Source: Ramazzottius varieornatus
Lineage: Eukaryota > Animalia > Tardigrada
Direction of reading: 5' to 3'
NCBI GenBank assembly: GCA_001949185.1
Contig: BDGG01000013.1
Location: forward strand, 434,001-498,000
DNA length: 64,000 nt
Shown: positions 37,770 through 49,857 of the stretch, piece by piece
Numbering within the stretch: position 1 is the stretch's first letter
Layout: each line of letters opens with the position of its first letter
Notes under the pieces: model-generated
Database searches by the model: none
Told to the model about the DNA's origin: nothing
The model's input: the letters and a program-made list of their open reading frames with translations, nothing else
Position numbers and translations under genes: made by a program

Positions 37770-39085
37770 TTCCCGGTCCTTATGTTTGGGCGGGTTTTCC
37801 CGGTACTTTAATTCTGGACTCGTTTGGGTGGGAATATTCCCGGCATTCCCGGCCTCAGTCCAGGTGTGACCGGCTTGAGTCGTGACGTCAGGCTTAGCAG
37901 CGCCATTCCCTAGTAGAGTGGCTGGAGATCCTCCATTTCCCGAACAAATCTGCGATTGGCTCAATTCGACTACTTTGCTCAGCCTCTTTACCGGCTGAAC
38001 GCACGCAGTGAAAATTTTCGTCAACCAACCAGTCTTGTAGTTGTTCAGCGTTCGAGTGCATCTAATCAAGTCAAACGGTGACGGAACTGCTATTTTTAGG
38101 TCGGTGTCGTCATGTTCTGATGCTCACTGCACACCCGCGCTCAACACCTGTTCCTTCATTCGCCAAATTCGCTAAAAAGTGAGAATTTCCAGCAAGTCTA
38201 TTCCCCAGCTGTTTGCCACCTTAGAATTTTCCAGCGCCATGGCTGTCCAGGACGTACGTACAGCAGTGCAGCCTTCGATGTGGTGTTTACTTGTAGCAAG
38301 AATCACCTGCCCGTGACCCCGTAGAGAAAGGGCCTGGTCCGTAATTTTTACTGGCCCATAATATCCCGTCGTTCGTGCACCACTGTGAATCAGTCGCGTA
38401 CGTAGGTGCCTCCGTACCGCCGCAGCGAAAAGGTCTGTCCCATAAATCTTTTGTCCAATATCGCGACCGATCGCGCTCAGCAAAAATTCATTTATTAAAT
38501 CACAACATTCACACACTCAGTGTAGTTTGATATCCTTTCAAAATTTATTAAGCATGGGCGCCATGAAGATAAGTGCTGGTAGGTTTCCCATTACGTAGTG
38601 CCCGTTAATTTGAGCTCATTGCACTCCTCCTTTCCAGCATGCGGTACACTGAAATTTGTCATTTGTATCAGTGGCCGGAACAGTTAGCAGGAGCCGCGGA
38701 GCATATACCGCCACGTAAGGAGGTCTCCCTGCCCTCCCCGGTGTGAATCCATATGCATTGCATAGAGCTGTAGGACAAATATACTGGGAAACTCGGTTAT
38801 ATAATCATGAATTTAGTGGTAAGACATTATTCTGCTCTCAAAAAACGAGAAGATAGCGAGACAAAAAACAAACAACTACACATAAACAGACTTTCCTTTC
38901 TTTACATCTAAAACGTGAAACAACTCATCAAGACCCTTGACGTCTTTTACGGTGGAGAGAACAGAACAAAAATTTCCACGCCGAATATCTATTGACAAAA
39001 CAAATATGCTGTAAGTGTGCTTTTGTATGAAAATTACTTGTAGAGTGAAATCGAGCGGACACTTCTTTCACAATCCAGACTGCAG

Positions 39086-39185
39086 TAAGGATGTGCATTC
39101 AAATCGGGATCAGCCGGATAGGAACGGAATTCCTATCTTCCAGGCGGATTTAGGAACGGAGCGGAAAACGGAATGCGTCTCCTTA
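39086..39185 (+). mobile_element. 100-bp internally deleted derivative of the hAT-like element at 39917-40990
   Basis: Starts TAAGGATGTGCATTC; ends CGGAAAACGGAATGCGTCTCCTTA, matching 40930-40990. Confidence 0.75.
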
Positions 39186-39622
39186 GAATGACAGAATCGA
39201 ATGATAAATCTATAAAACGTCCGTTCGATAGCTCATCAGACTGTTGAGCGACAGTTCGTCCACAGTCACGTTGAACCACTAAGCACCATAACAAAGTACA
39301 AGCTTGCGTTTTTGAAAGCAAGATCCATGGCTAGTACTGAGAAGTTGCAAAATGAGCTGAACACGATCGTCATCTCAAGCAGCGCACGTTTCCTGTGCTA
39401 TTGGCTCGGAGTGTACGCCAATTGGGAACATAATCATTTTATACTGGGTTATTTTGCGTTGATAGTGAGCTTTATCCAGATAGGCGGGGTTAACCAAAGG
39501 ACTTCGAGGATACAACGCCTCAGTCAGTAGTTTCGGGCATCGCTATCGTTCAATATTCCGGCAGAAAGAAGCGATAAGAGATGGAAGACGACCGTGAAGA
39601 GCACATCCAGTAGCGAGCTCGC

Positions 39623-39790
39623 ATGATCGCGGTCATGAAGTCGCGGTGTCAAGTTGTCAAGAAGCTGGTGGTAGTTGTGACCTGCTTCGCTCTACTATAG
39701 CTGCCTTACCGTGGCCTCCTGGTTTAAAAGTCCTTCATAACCAAACCCTGGCTGACAATGGTGCGTCCTCGTCGCCAAGACCGCCGTCAT
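39623..39790 (+). pseudogene. Fragment of a TRH-receptor-like class A GPCR (TM6 to start of TM7)
   Basis: Translates MIAVMKSRCQVVKKLVVVVTCFALL*LPYRGLLV*KSFITKPWL/WCVLVAKTAV, matching the TRHR pattern SRxQVxKMLxVVVxxFALLWxPYRxLxVxNSF. Two stops and a frameshift; not in the ORF track. Confidence 0.75.
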
Positions 39791-40107
39791 AAGTCATCCT
39801 TCCTTCAGTTCTCGAGAGTGCGAAAGACGTTACAGCCGTCTGCGTGAGACGTTAAACAAAATTTATGGACGTTTCATTGTAGTTTGTCAGCGGTGCCATT
39901 AACCCCTCTTCTGTACTAAGGATGGGCATTCCGCCAGACCTTCTCCCTGGAACGGAATTCGGAAAGAAACTCCTAATTTTCGTATTTTCCTATTTTCCGA
40001 TTTCTAGTTTAAACGAAAAATCGGAATTCCAGTACGGCAGTTTAGAAGGCACAAACCACGCGGAAGCTCGGCTCAGTCCCAGCTGACAAGCTCTGGAAGC
40101 TTGTTTC

Positions 40108-40156
40108 CATGTGGCGCACGCTTTCTGCCAGTTCTACTGGGGGCGCGCGCCACTTG
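40108..40156. repeat. CAAGTGGCGCAC-N25 family, single unit inside the hAT-like element
   Basis: CATGTGGCGCAC at 40108; GCGCGCCACTTG at 40145; 25-nt spacer. Confidence 0.8.
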
Positions 40157-40199
40157 GCAATACATTCAAGTGGAGTTTGTTAGCAAAGCTCCCGCACAT

Positions 40200-40677
40200 T
40201 AGTCCTCCTCACGACGAGCTATTTATGTCGCAAACAGTTGATTTAAAATTTGAGTTTGCTTGATCAACGGAAATTAGTCGTTAGTGAGGCAAAACTGCGT
40301 TTTTCGAAAGTCTCGGGAACGGGAGCGGAAATGCGCGAGTTTTGCGGGGTAGGTTTGTAGGCAAACTCTGCCTCCTGACTAGGCTGAAATTCATGGTTTT
40401 CTCTCTGGCTAGTCTCTGTCTGTCGATATCCCCGACATTAATAGGTATCAAGAAGCCCATACGCGAAACGGTATCTCGCAACGTGAAGCACTGTGCAGAC
40501 AGAGATCAGCTGAGAAATGAAAATTTGAAATTTTGAGTCAAGCGGGCAGAGAATAATCCGTTTTCGCTTTCCAGATAAGCTACTCGAGGGCTGCTTATCT
40601 TGAAAGCGAAAATTTGTAATCCACTTTCAAGATCAACACAATCAACGGAGTTTTACGGCCTGTCGTGAGGAGGACTA
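40200..40677. mobile_element. Nested TA-flanked MITE (~475 bp)
   Basis: TA-GTCCTCCTCACGAC ... GTCGTGAGGAGGAC-TA. Confidence 0.85.
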
Positions 40678-40703
40678 TTGAGTGGAACTATGTTCTGTGC
40701 TGC

Positions 40704-40807
40704 TTCATGAACTTGGCGAATTGGCGTCACGGTAAGCATGTGCCGTATGCTTCATCATACCCGTAAACTTCACAGTTACTGTGACGTCAGTTCGCCAAGT
40801 TCATGAA
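40704..40807. repeat. Nested ~104-bp hairpin / mini-MITE
   Basis: TTCATGAACTTGGCGAATTGGCGTCACGGTAA ... TTACTGTGACGTCAGTTCGCCAAGTTCATGAA. Confidence 0.8.
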
Positions 40808-41539
40808 ACATTACAAGTACGCCAATTATTCGCAAAAAGCGGGGATTTAACCGTGAAAACCGATTCTTTCAAGCGGAATTCCGTTTTGATGGTTCCAGCG
40901 TTCCAAACCGGGTCCGGTCGGAACGGAGCGGAATTCCTATTTTTCCAGGCGGAATTAGTAAAGGAGCGGAAAACGGAATGCCCATCCTTATTCTGTACTC
41001 CCTCCTCAACTGGAGATCCAGAATGGCTTCGATCCGTGGCTAGTCACAGCCTCCAAGATATCCGCAAAGTACTGTATTTCGGTAAGCTACGACCAAGATC
41101 AATCTTTCGTCCCTTTTATGGGTGGTAGAAGAAGTCTTTCTTCTTTTGCACAAAAAATGCTTTTGCCGGCACGATTCGTCATTGATTCGTAACCTAAAAG
41201 AAAGAAGATAATCGCAGTAATTCAAACCAACTGCCTTTGTGACCTTTGACTGCCTGTTGCTCGGTACTATGTCCTTGCCAGTTTACACCGACGCAATGTT
41301 GCCGAATAGGTTCGAATCATTTTCAGTTTTGCTTACTAAACCCAGAAAAAGACTGTGTCCGGTCCGTTTACCAACCATGAAGCGGTTGTCGCGCAGGCGG
41401 AAACATCTGAGCTTACTCCATACGGTGCATGTTGAGCTGTAGCATTTTCAGATCTGTTGTAAAACTATGCTGTAGTACTTTGCCATCATCTCGTGTGACA
41501 GCATCCGCATCACTCCAGCCGCTGGTGCCGGTTCGTCCC

Positions 41540-42827
41540 ATGTCATCGAGGTCGCCACATCCTTATGAAGATGACAAGGACAGACATAAAAAGATCAAGC
41601 TGGCCTCTGTATCAGTCGACAGCGAGCTGGGTGACTTCAGTGAGCCGGCCATCCTTAAGAGCGGAGTGTTCTGGGATATCGAGAACATACCGGTAAAGAA
41701 AGCGCAGGCGGCTCGTAGGGTACCCGACATAAAAAAGGCAATGACAAACTTTGTTCGAAATGTCAACCATTATAACGTGGATAATCCACCGAACAAGCAA
41801 ATTGAAAAGTTCATCGTCGTGGCACGTCAAAAAGGCCAAGATACAATGCCGACCACAGCGGAAGTTGTCAAAAAACATGTGGTAGATAATCAGGTAATTT
41901 GAACTCACAATTTATTTAGACCACGGTGATTTGCTCATTCAGACCGGTGGTTCATATGCACTATACTGTAACAGGGATGCAGCTTTATTGCACATTTCCT
42001 GTCCTACTTCGACGACTCCCATTTTGCTACAACTGTCTCTTCACTTCTGTTTTTTCAAATCAGGGTTCACAGCGACTAAATAGTAAAAGATGTATAGCAC
42101 GTTTTACATGCATGATCTTGTTGAGCAGATAGAGCTGTTAGACCTGCCTTACAGCTCTGATCCAGACTTCTGCGATGACGCCATCTATCGCAGCGTAGTC
42201 TGCTTCACGGAGGAAAACCTGCCCCGGTCGCTCGTAGTAGCTATGACAGGGGACGTCGGACTTGTTCGCCGTATCAACCGAATCCAAAGGGACTTCGACC
42301 TGCTCGTGGTCATGCAGCGCGCGGGAAAGCGGACCGAAGTGATGCAACGTCACTGCGACAAAATCAAGCAGACCAACGAGCATGGTAGACAACAAGCCGT
42401 CTACTTCTTCGACGAAGTCATCCGCAAGTGTCTGCACAACGACTCCATCCCGCTGACTTTCTCGCACCTATTGCGCCTCAAAGCTCGCCACGACAGGGAT
42501 CCGACGGCACTGGACGAGAACAACCACTTGGCCATACTGTTTGGTGAAAACAACGGTGGCGGGACCGGATCGACCTTAACGGCCAGCTCGAGTACGGCCA
42601 CGAGTTCGATGGCCTCTTCAGGTCCGACGTCGGATTCCAGGAGAAGGAGAAAGAAGAAAGCCCAGCGGGAAGAAGACCAAGATAGCGCATACAGCAGTGG
42701 AAGCGAGAGTACCGCGAGTAGCATTTTGAGTAGAGCAAGTGGCTCGGACGAGGATGACGGCGAAGCTTCATCCTCGTCCAGCCGCTTTTACCGCACACCT
42801 AGCTCTGATGATTTCGACCGCAATTAA
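41540..42827 (+). CDS. NYN-domain (MARF1/limkain-b1/LabA-DUF88 PIN-fold) protein with Ser-rich basic/acidic tail; exons 41540-41893 and 42129-42827
   Basis: GVFWDIENIP, then DFCDDAI and LVVAMTGDVGL follow the NYN motif order; phase-0 GT-AG intron; RRRRKKK NLS-like stretch. Confidence 0.8.
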
Positions 42828-43355
42828 CAGTGATCGGGTCGCCTGGCATAGTTTGAACCTGAACTACAGTACGTTCTCTCAAAATCTGCTACTTATTTCA
42901 TGATCTGGTCATGCTCGGCCCAGATTGGGGAAAGTGGCGGTTGTATCCTGTGTGTTGATAGTGGGTCTAATTCTTCTGTGGTGAAATAAACTAAACCATA
43001 TTCCGAGACGCACGACGGACAAAATTTACGAAACTCTCCATTCACATTGTTATTGCGACGGGCCATCAATGCCACACAGTATACTTGTCTACTGTACCTT
43101 CGCAAAACTCCATCACGAAAAATACACTAGTACAAAGAAAATTACTGAGGGGTTGCTGGTGTTTTGCAAAAGTCGTAGCTGAAGTGCTCGACAACAAATC
43201 GACAGTCCAATTTCAGAACTTTGACGAGTCTATTTTTCATCGGTATTTTTCGTTCTTCTCACTGACTCACCCTGTTCCTTCTTCTTTTTTCGGTATGGAT
43301 TTAATGAAAATGTTTCCCGCTCGTCGCCGTCTTTTATCGATCCGTTGACGATTCA

Positions 43356-43739
43356 TACTCCGTTATTACTATACTGTACGATAAAAGTGTAGGAGGTAAA
43401 GGTCGTAAACTTAGCCGCCCCATACCGGGTTTGTAAAGTTAGCCACGGCTGTGGTGTCTATCGCTTGACTGACCATTTGATTGTCAGTCTTCGCTTTTTA
43501 ACATGGGAGTCAACGTTTTTTAATTGTGGATCTTTTGGATTCTCCGAATCTTCACGTTGACTGTACCTAAGATCATTCGATAGCCCATTATTTCATCTAT
43601 CGATCTATCCATAAATGTTTGGGAGTAAGTGGGAGAGAACAGGTGAACTTGGACGGCTAACTTTACAAACCCAGTATGGGGTGGCTGACTTTACAACCTT
43701 TCTCTCGAACCACTTTGGTCAACGTCGTGTGATGGAGTA
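43356..43739. mobile_element. MITE (~384 bp) with long imperfect TIRs, TA-flanked
   Basis: AAAGGTCGTAAACTTAGCCGCCCCATACCGGGTTTGTAAAGTTAGCC vs GGCTAACTTTACAAACCCAGTATGGGGTGGCTGACTTTACAACCTTT; termini TACTCC...GGAGTA. Confidence 0.8.
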
Positions 43740-44568
43740 TCGTGCCACTTCAGCATGTGTGCGTCACGAAGTTTGATTTTAGCAGCATTGAAGCATCTGG
43801 TCTATTTCTGGGGTTGAGCTGCAGACGACTCAGCACAAAATTCACATAGTTAGTGGGCAATGCAGCAATTCGTTGTCAGTTCGACTATAAGAAAGTTAGA
43901 AACTGGTTTCACAAAGCTGGCGCGTTTCATATGATTATATGGTAGATGACAAATAGTTGTTTTTTTTGTTCTTTTTTATTTTTAAAAAAATCAAATTGAT
44001 TATCCGTATACTGTGACGTTTCTTTTGTGTTTGGCAAGCTGTACCGTTGATGTTTGACTGGTGGCAAACAGAAATGAAACATTAGTGTATGGAAGATTCG
44101 AGCAAGTGGACTGTATCCATGATCTAAGCGTTCTTCTGTACGTAGTCGGCTTATTCTTGTTTACTGTATTGTATTTGGTTGGTAGAAGACAAACATTCGT
44201 GTATCCGAAGCTGCCGACCGGAAGGAGAGGCTGTGTCTTTTTCTGAAGGCTGAAACCTCGGGCATGTCGAATAATCGGCCAGGTTGAAGCACCATTCGTA
44301 TGGATGCATGTTGTCGATGGCCAAAAATACGCGAACGAAGACAATAGGATCGTTTCGACAAAAGTTAAGAGTTTTAACCAGCTACCCAGTTCGCATCTTG
44401 TTCACCTAGGTAACGGACAAGTCATGTGCTGCAGAAGTCACGTTTATTTTGAAGAGAAGAAAATGAATAAAAGCTAGGAACGTAGCAGGCTTCCCAAAGC
44501 TTTGCGAGATTAGGTTGGACCGCGTGTAATCTTGTGATGAAGCATAATTGACCAACTTTGCATTCGCA

Positions 44569-45283
44569 ATGGTTATCAAACACGGACGACCTTCCGAGGC
44601 GAGAAAGCCGTTTATCTGGGCGGCACAGGTCGAGCATGATCGTTTGATTCGCCTGAGATGGCAGAAAAAGTTCGGAAAAGTGTTGGACCAAAGCACGCAA
44701 AAGATTGGCCGTGTCAATATTATCAAACCAGGTGCGTCCAGACCAACCCCGGTCGAGATTGTTCATTTGTGCTGTTTCTTTCTCTGTAGGGTGGTATAAG
44801 GATGTTGGGCGCGATGTAACAGAAGCCGATCGAGTGGCTCGGCCACTCAACGAACTGATCACCATCATGCAATTTCCGCCCAAATACCGTCGTTTCCCTC
44901 CGCATGACGAGCCGGGCCCCGAAATCACGGAGCATGTACCGCGTCTGTCCCTGCAGTTCGACGTGCCGGACGACCAGCGTTCATCGGTGTTGGCCGAGTA
45001 CGGTGGACGGTTTGACTACCTCAGGCGCCGTCATGCTGTACCTATCAATCAACGCTATGTTCAGCCGCCCAACGTCAACGCCACGTATGGATGGCACGTC
45101 TTAAAGAAGATCCGACCGGTCAATATGCGACGAAATACGCCACCACCTGATGAGCAAATCTACGATCATGAACTGAACAGGAAGCGATACGGGCACAACC
45201 CAGTTGTCGCTCAAGAGTTTTATCGTAGTGCGGGTGTAATCAATGCCAGAAAGGCTAGTGTCATCTTGGATATCAGTAAATGA
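44569..45283 (+). CDS. SPMIP1/ATP6V1FNB-like putative axonemal microtubule inner protein; exons 44569-44731 and 44790-45283
   Basis: Phase-1 GT-AG intron joins two ORFs. N-terminal W..Q.E....RLRWQKKF and C-terminal GRFDYLRRR...QRY..P.....YGW...YG...V...FYR..G resemble my recollection of this family; not verified by search. Confidence 0.55.
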
Positions 45284-45995
45284 CAGCCTGAATTAATTCA
45301 TACGTGTTAGAAGTACAGCTTAGACGGGGGAAAATGTTATAATTCTCCCAGGCTTTACGATATCTGACGACCGTGAATGCTGATGACAAACGCTGAGTGC
45401 AGACGGTGACCACGACGATATCCGCCGCTTTCGCCACTATTGTGCCGTTGTACCTGGCCCTCCAGGTGACACCTCGCAGTAGACGCATGCACTGTAATGA
45501 CTATTTAAAGCTGACGACTGCTGTCATTAGAAGTGCCAGCGAAATCTTTCTGTGTTCTCCGAGCCGTGTATTCATTGATGATCAGCCAAGAAACAACCGA
45601 GCAGTGAACATCGTATAAATTTTGAACCCTGAGCCTGTCGGGATAACTAGCTTTCGGTTTTCGTTTCGCACCACGACGTACGACAGAACGTCGCTGTGGG
45701 GTAGGTGGCGTGGTGGTAAAGCAGAGGGGCGACTTCTGACTTCGATGTGCTCTCAAGTGAATACCTGTAATCATGGCTGTTTCTTGATTTAGCCGAAACG
45801 GATCATAGTTTCGCAGAGTAGCAGATCCGTTGTGATGTGTTTTCAGGCTCCGCTGCACGAGTACAGTTCGCGCGCTCGAGATCCGTAAAAATTTTCCGAT
45901 TTCAATTTAAGGCCTGCTAAAGATTCACCGTACTCGTACAGCATGTCAAGCTACAGGCCAAAATTAGATAACGCACACATTACATGGCGCTCTAA

Positions 45996-48397
45996 CTAAT
46001 GTAACAGCGTGACCAAGTCGCAGGAATTCGGTTGTAGTGGTCCCGGGGCGAGCGATATCCTTATCTCTGAATAATTTCTGTATTTGGAAAATTGGAAAAT
46101 TTTGCACGGATTTCGTGCGAGAGGTTGTTTGTACGGTAACCAGCATTTAAAAACCACATCTCAGGATATCTTCCAACAGTCTAAGTTTGCCCGAAAAATC
46201 AGCTCTCTTGTTCACAAATTTGCCGTCCTGTGTCAACTCATGATAGTTTCCGTCTGGGCCGAAGAACGGTCCTTCGTGCCGCCTGCAAAGAAATAAGAAC
46301 GCCGATACTCGCTACAGGTAGGGTTGATTGAACGGCGATCAACACGTTGAAGTGCTACTATGGTACTTGCCCAGTGTAAGCTATCTGGTGAACGTTGTCA
46401 TGTAGCGTCTTTGACACTGCGTTACTCGTCTTTTCCTTCAGAAATAGATCGAATTCTCCACGGAAAAGATGGAAAACCTCCATAGCATGGAAGGCACCTG
46501 TATCAAAAAGCGAGCATTTTCAAGCTTTTATGCGATCTGAAGTGTGCAGCTGGAAGACGCTTACCAAATCTCTTGAATCCCGGGTCATACGAAAGCAGAA
46601 ACATCTGGTTTGCGCCGTCCGAGATGGTGGCATGCATCATTGACTCCTTTCACGGCATACACTCCAAACATCAAGTCAGAGGCAACCTGCCGGAACGAAA
46701 CTTGGGCTTTAGTGTTCAAAAGCATATTAAACAGAGTGCCCAGGAGCTTACTTGCTGAGAGCAACATCCGATGACAAATCGCGGGAAACGTTGTAAAACT
46801 CGAAGGCGTCTTCTGCTTTGAGAGACGCTTGGGCGGGTGAGCAACGTCTTCCGGACAGCTCCGTGATAAAAACGGTCAGTAGGTCCAAGGTGGAGGCATA
46901 CGTGTGCTTGACGTTGTCGGCCAACAGGTGCGGAGCATCAACTATGAAAGACATTCGGCTTTTGCGTCGCGACCGGGAAACATCCACTATGGAAGACTCG
47001 ACAACGCCACGAACGGCGAGCCAAGGGTGAGCAGGGACCAGACTAACAAAGCGTAAACAGGGAAAAGTCTTCCCTCAAGCAACCGGTAATAAACATGGCA
47101 ACTTTTCTCTCTTGATACGAATCTGACGCGGTTGCCCAATCCCGAAGTATATCTTCCGGGAGTTTTTGAAGGTGGAAGCCATCGACGACGGGAGTGTAGT
47201 ATATATCTAAGATGGTGTCTTCCGGGCGGAGCTACAAAACAGGATGTTCAACTTAACGCAACCACGACCACGTCATGCGCTCTCGAAAAGTGAACTTGTT
47301 ACACTGTTAGCACGAACCTGCTTTTCCAGCACAGTTGTTCCATTCAACAAAACTTCGTACGACAGGGTTCTCAAGCAGGCAACTGCTTCTGCCGAGGTGG
47401 TATTCGGACAGCCCAGATGCCCAGCTATCGCGAAGGTTCCAGCTGCAGGATTTATGTTCATTGCCCATCCGCATAAACTGTTACCGCTGAATGCGATACC
47501 CGCCTTGACTTTATCTAAGAGGAGGAAAGCTTTCTTGAGCATCAAAAGCTAGACTGAATTCCTTCAATATCGCTCACATCGAACGTCGTCATCCAATAAC
47601 AAGGCCGACGTCAGGACGGCGCCTGCGCTTTCGTCAAAAATAGTAACCTTGGCCGGATCTCCGCCGAAAGCCGCGATGTTGTCGATCGTCCAGTTCAGGG
47701 CTAGCTTTAAATCACCGAGTGTCCAATTTCCGGGTGCCACCTCGTCACCCGTACTCAAGAAACCTGAAAAAGAATCTTGCCCACCCTGTCAATTATCAGA
47801 TATTCCCGAAGAGACAATACCAAATGCTGATACTCTGTAGTTGACAGTGACCACAATCGCATCCACAGCCTTTGCCAGGATAGTAGAGTTGTAAAGATCC
47901 TTATCTCCCACTGTATGTATAAGCCAAGATATATCACGCGGCGGGAGAGTATCAGGTTGTGAAGCGAAACATTAACTTAACGTACTTTCGAAACCTCCAC
48001 CGTATATCCAGAAAAGAACCGGGCGAGGTGTAGCCTTTCCTTTCCGTGACGGAGGTACATAGACATCCAAGTACAAACAGTCCTCACTCATGCTTAGATT
48101 TCTCTGGGGTAACCCTGGTGCAAAAATCGACGGTGACTGAGGGCAGACATGGCCTGCCTGCAGCCGATCTGGATTGTTCAAATAGGAGAAATTCGTGTTG
48201 GGCTGGGCGTGTTCGAATCGTCCAGCGGTACCGTACTTGATGCCATAATAGACAGTGGTCTCGCCTTCCTGAAGCTGCACGCCAGGATGCTCCACGCCAT
48301 TTGCGAGCTTGACGACTCCTTTACGCGACTCATTCTCAGCTGTCACAAAAGCGAGAGTAACGGCCAACCAAAGCAGAATATTCCACCCAGTCACCAT
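45996..48397 (-). CDS. Secreted type-B carboxylesterase (COesterase), apparently disabled or pseudogenising
   Basis: Signal peptide; [60 protein letters not shown]. The nucleophile elbow is DESAG and an apparent +1 frameshift lies near 46648. One junction near 46690-46755 is unresolved. Confidence 0.85.
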
Positions 48398-49159
48398 TTT
48401 GGTGCAGGTAAGAGTAATGGCGGACGATGAGGATGCCGAGTTATGGTGGAACACTGACAACTGTCGACACTGAGGTGACCAGCTTCTCGCTTGTCGTGTT
48501 TTGTTCGATCGCCTAATTGGTAATCATCCAGGAAGTCTGGCTTGAAGAGATGGATATCTGCTACGAGTACAACTTTGGACTTAGACGATCCACAGTTTTT
48601 TGTCGTCCGTTATTGACATAGCGACAGCAATGGCTCCGAACTCGAGCTGCACAACGTGTATTTGCAGTGTGATCTATCCACAAGCCGCAGCAACAGAAAA
48701 CCACAGACGTTAACTGTGGGCGTGGTGAGACGTACTGAAAGATGGCTATCCGGATCGACCTTTAACTTTCCTTTGTAACGGTCTAAAGTTCAGTTTGTAA
48801 GTCCGCTGTTTGACGGGATTTACAGTATTATTAGCACTATATACTTCAGAGTGCCGATCGTTTCGCTAGTGTGTGTCCGAATATGTGCCGTGGACCATAT
48901 GTAATCGCAGGTTTCGATCTCGTCACCGTTACAGGTACAGTTTGTGCATGAGCACAGCGCCTCCTGTCCGTCATCGTCGTCTTGTGGCCAAATCAACACC
49001 ACAGTTCACCGTCAGAAGGTGGGCTGGAACAGCGGTTTATCTGCCCCGCATCCCTCCAAGCCCGCCAGACAGGGGAGGTGCCCCGGCATGGAGGTTTTAT
49101 GCTAACAAATCATCGGGCAAAGCTGATTGCTGATTTAGCCAGACACTGTCCTGCGAGAC

Positions 49160-49596
49160 TAATGATGAGCATTTCACGCAGATGGTCCGTGTAATGTAAA
49201 GTGTAATGTAAAATAGTGTAATTGCAAGAGTGTAATTACATTTTACACCAGTTTACATTTTACAGACCGAGCGGTTTGTAACGCCTAAAAGTGACAAGGA
49301 GCGACGAAAACGACGAACCAGCTATGTCTATGTTTGCGTAGAATATAGATCTTAGTAATTGTCTTCCAGACAAAGATGAAAATACGGTTGCAAAATGACC
49401 ATACTCAGGAAGTTTCTGACATTTTCCCGCGTAAGTCAGCCGACTTTTAGATTTCTGGCGGCAAAACACCCAAAAATACCGCAGATTCTGGCAGGTAAAA
49501 GTTGTAATTACATTTTACATTTACATTACAACTTCCCCGTGGTTGTAATGTCGTGTACAAGTGTAATTGTAATGTAAAATGTAATGCTCATCATTA
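49160..49596 (-). mobile_element. hAT-like MITE copy 3 (437 bp) with intact 8-bp TSD, downstream of the mucin-like gene
   Basis: TIR TAATGATGAGCATT; TSD TGCGAGAC at 49152-49159 and 49597-49604. Confidence 0.95.
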
Positions 49597-49857
49597 TGCG
49601 AGACACTATCCAATGAAGGAACAACCTGGGCCGGAAACCCGAATCAACCGGCGCGTCGTTTTGCCGTACTGTGTTTGCCATATCTGGAAGCTTCATTATT
49701 TTCCTCGTCCATTGAATTCCTGACAGACTAACCATGACAGGCAAACAATTGAACCGATCGCATTGAACCTTAGGGTTTCGGCGAGGGTTGCATTGGCATG
49801 AGAGGTTCCGCGACGAAACACAAGAAGTTAGAAAGAGCTTGATCTTGCTGATGCTGG

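Larger units (their letters stand above)
33905..38380. repeat. Dispersed ~50-95 bp repeat (CACGAACGACGGGATATTATGGGCCAGTAAAATTACGG) at ~33905(+), 33998(+), 36029(+), 36128-36228(-), 38332-38380(-)
   Basis: 33998-34047 and 38332-38380 are near-perfect inverted copies; the others are more diverged. Confidence 0.65.
39917..40990. mobile_element. Non-autonomous hAT-like element (1074 bp) with nested insertions
   Basis: 17-bp TIR TAAGGATGGGCATTCCG / CGGAATGCCCATCCTTA; perfect 8-bp TSD TTCTGTAC (39909-39916, 40991-40998); CGGAA subterminal repeats. Confidence 0.92.
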
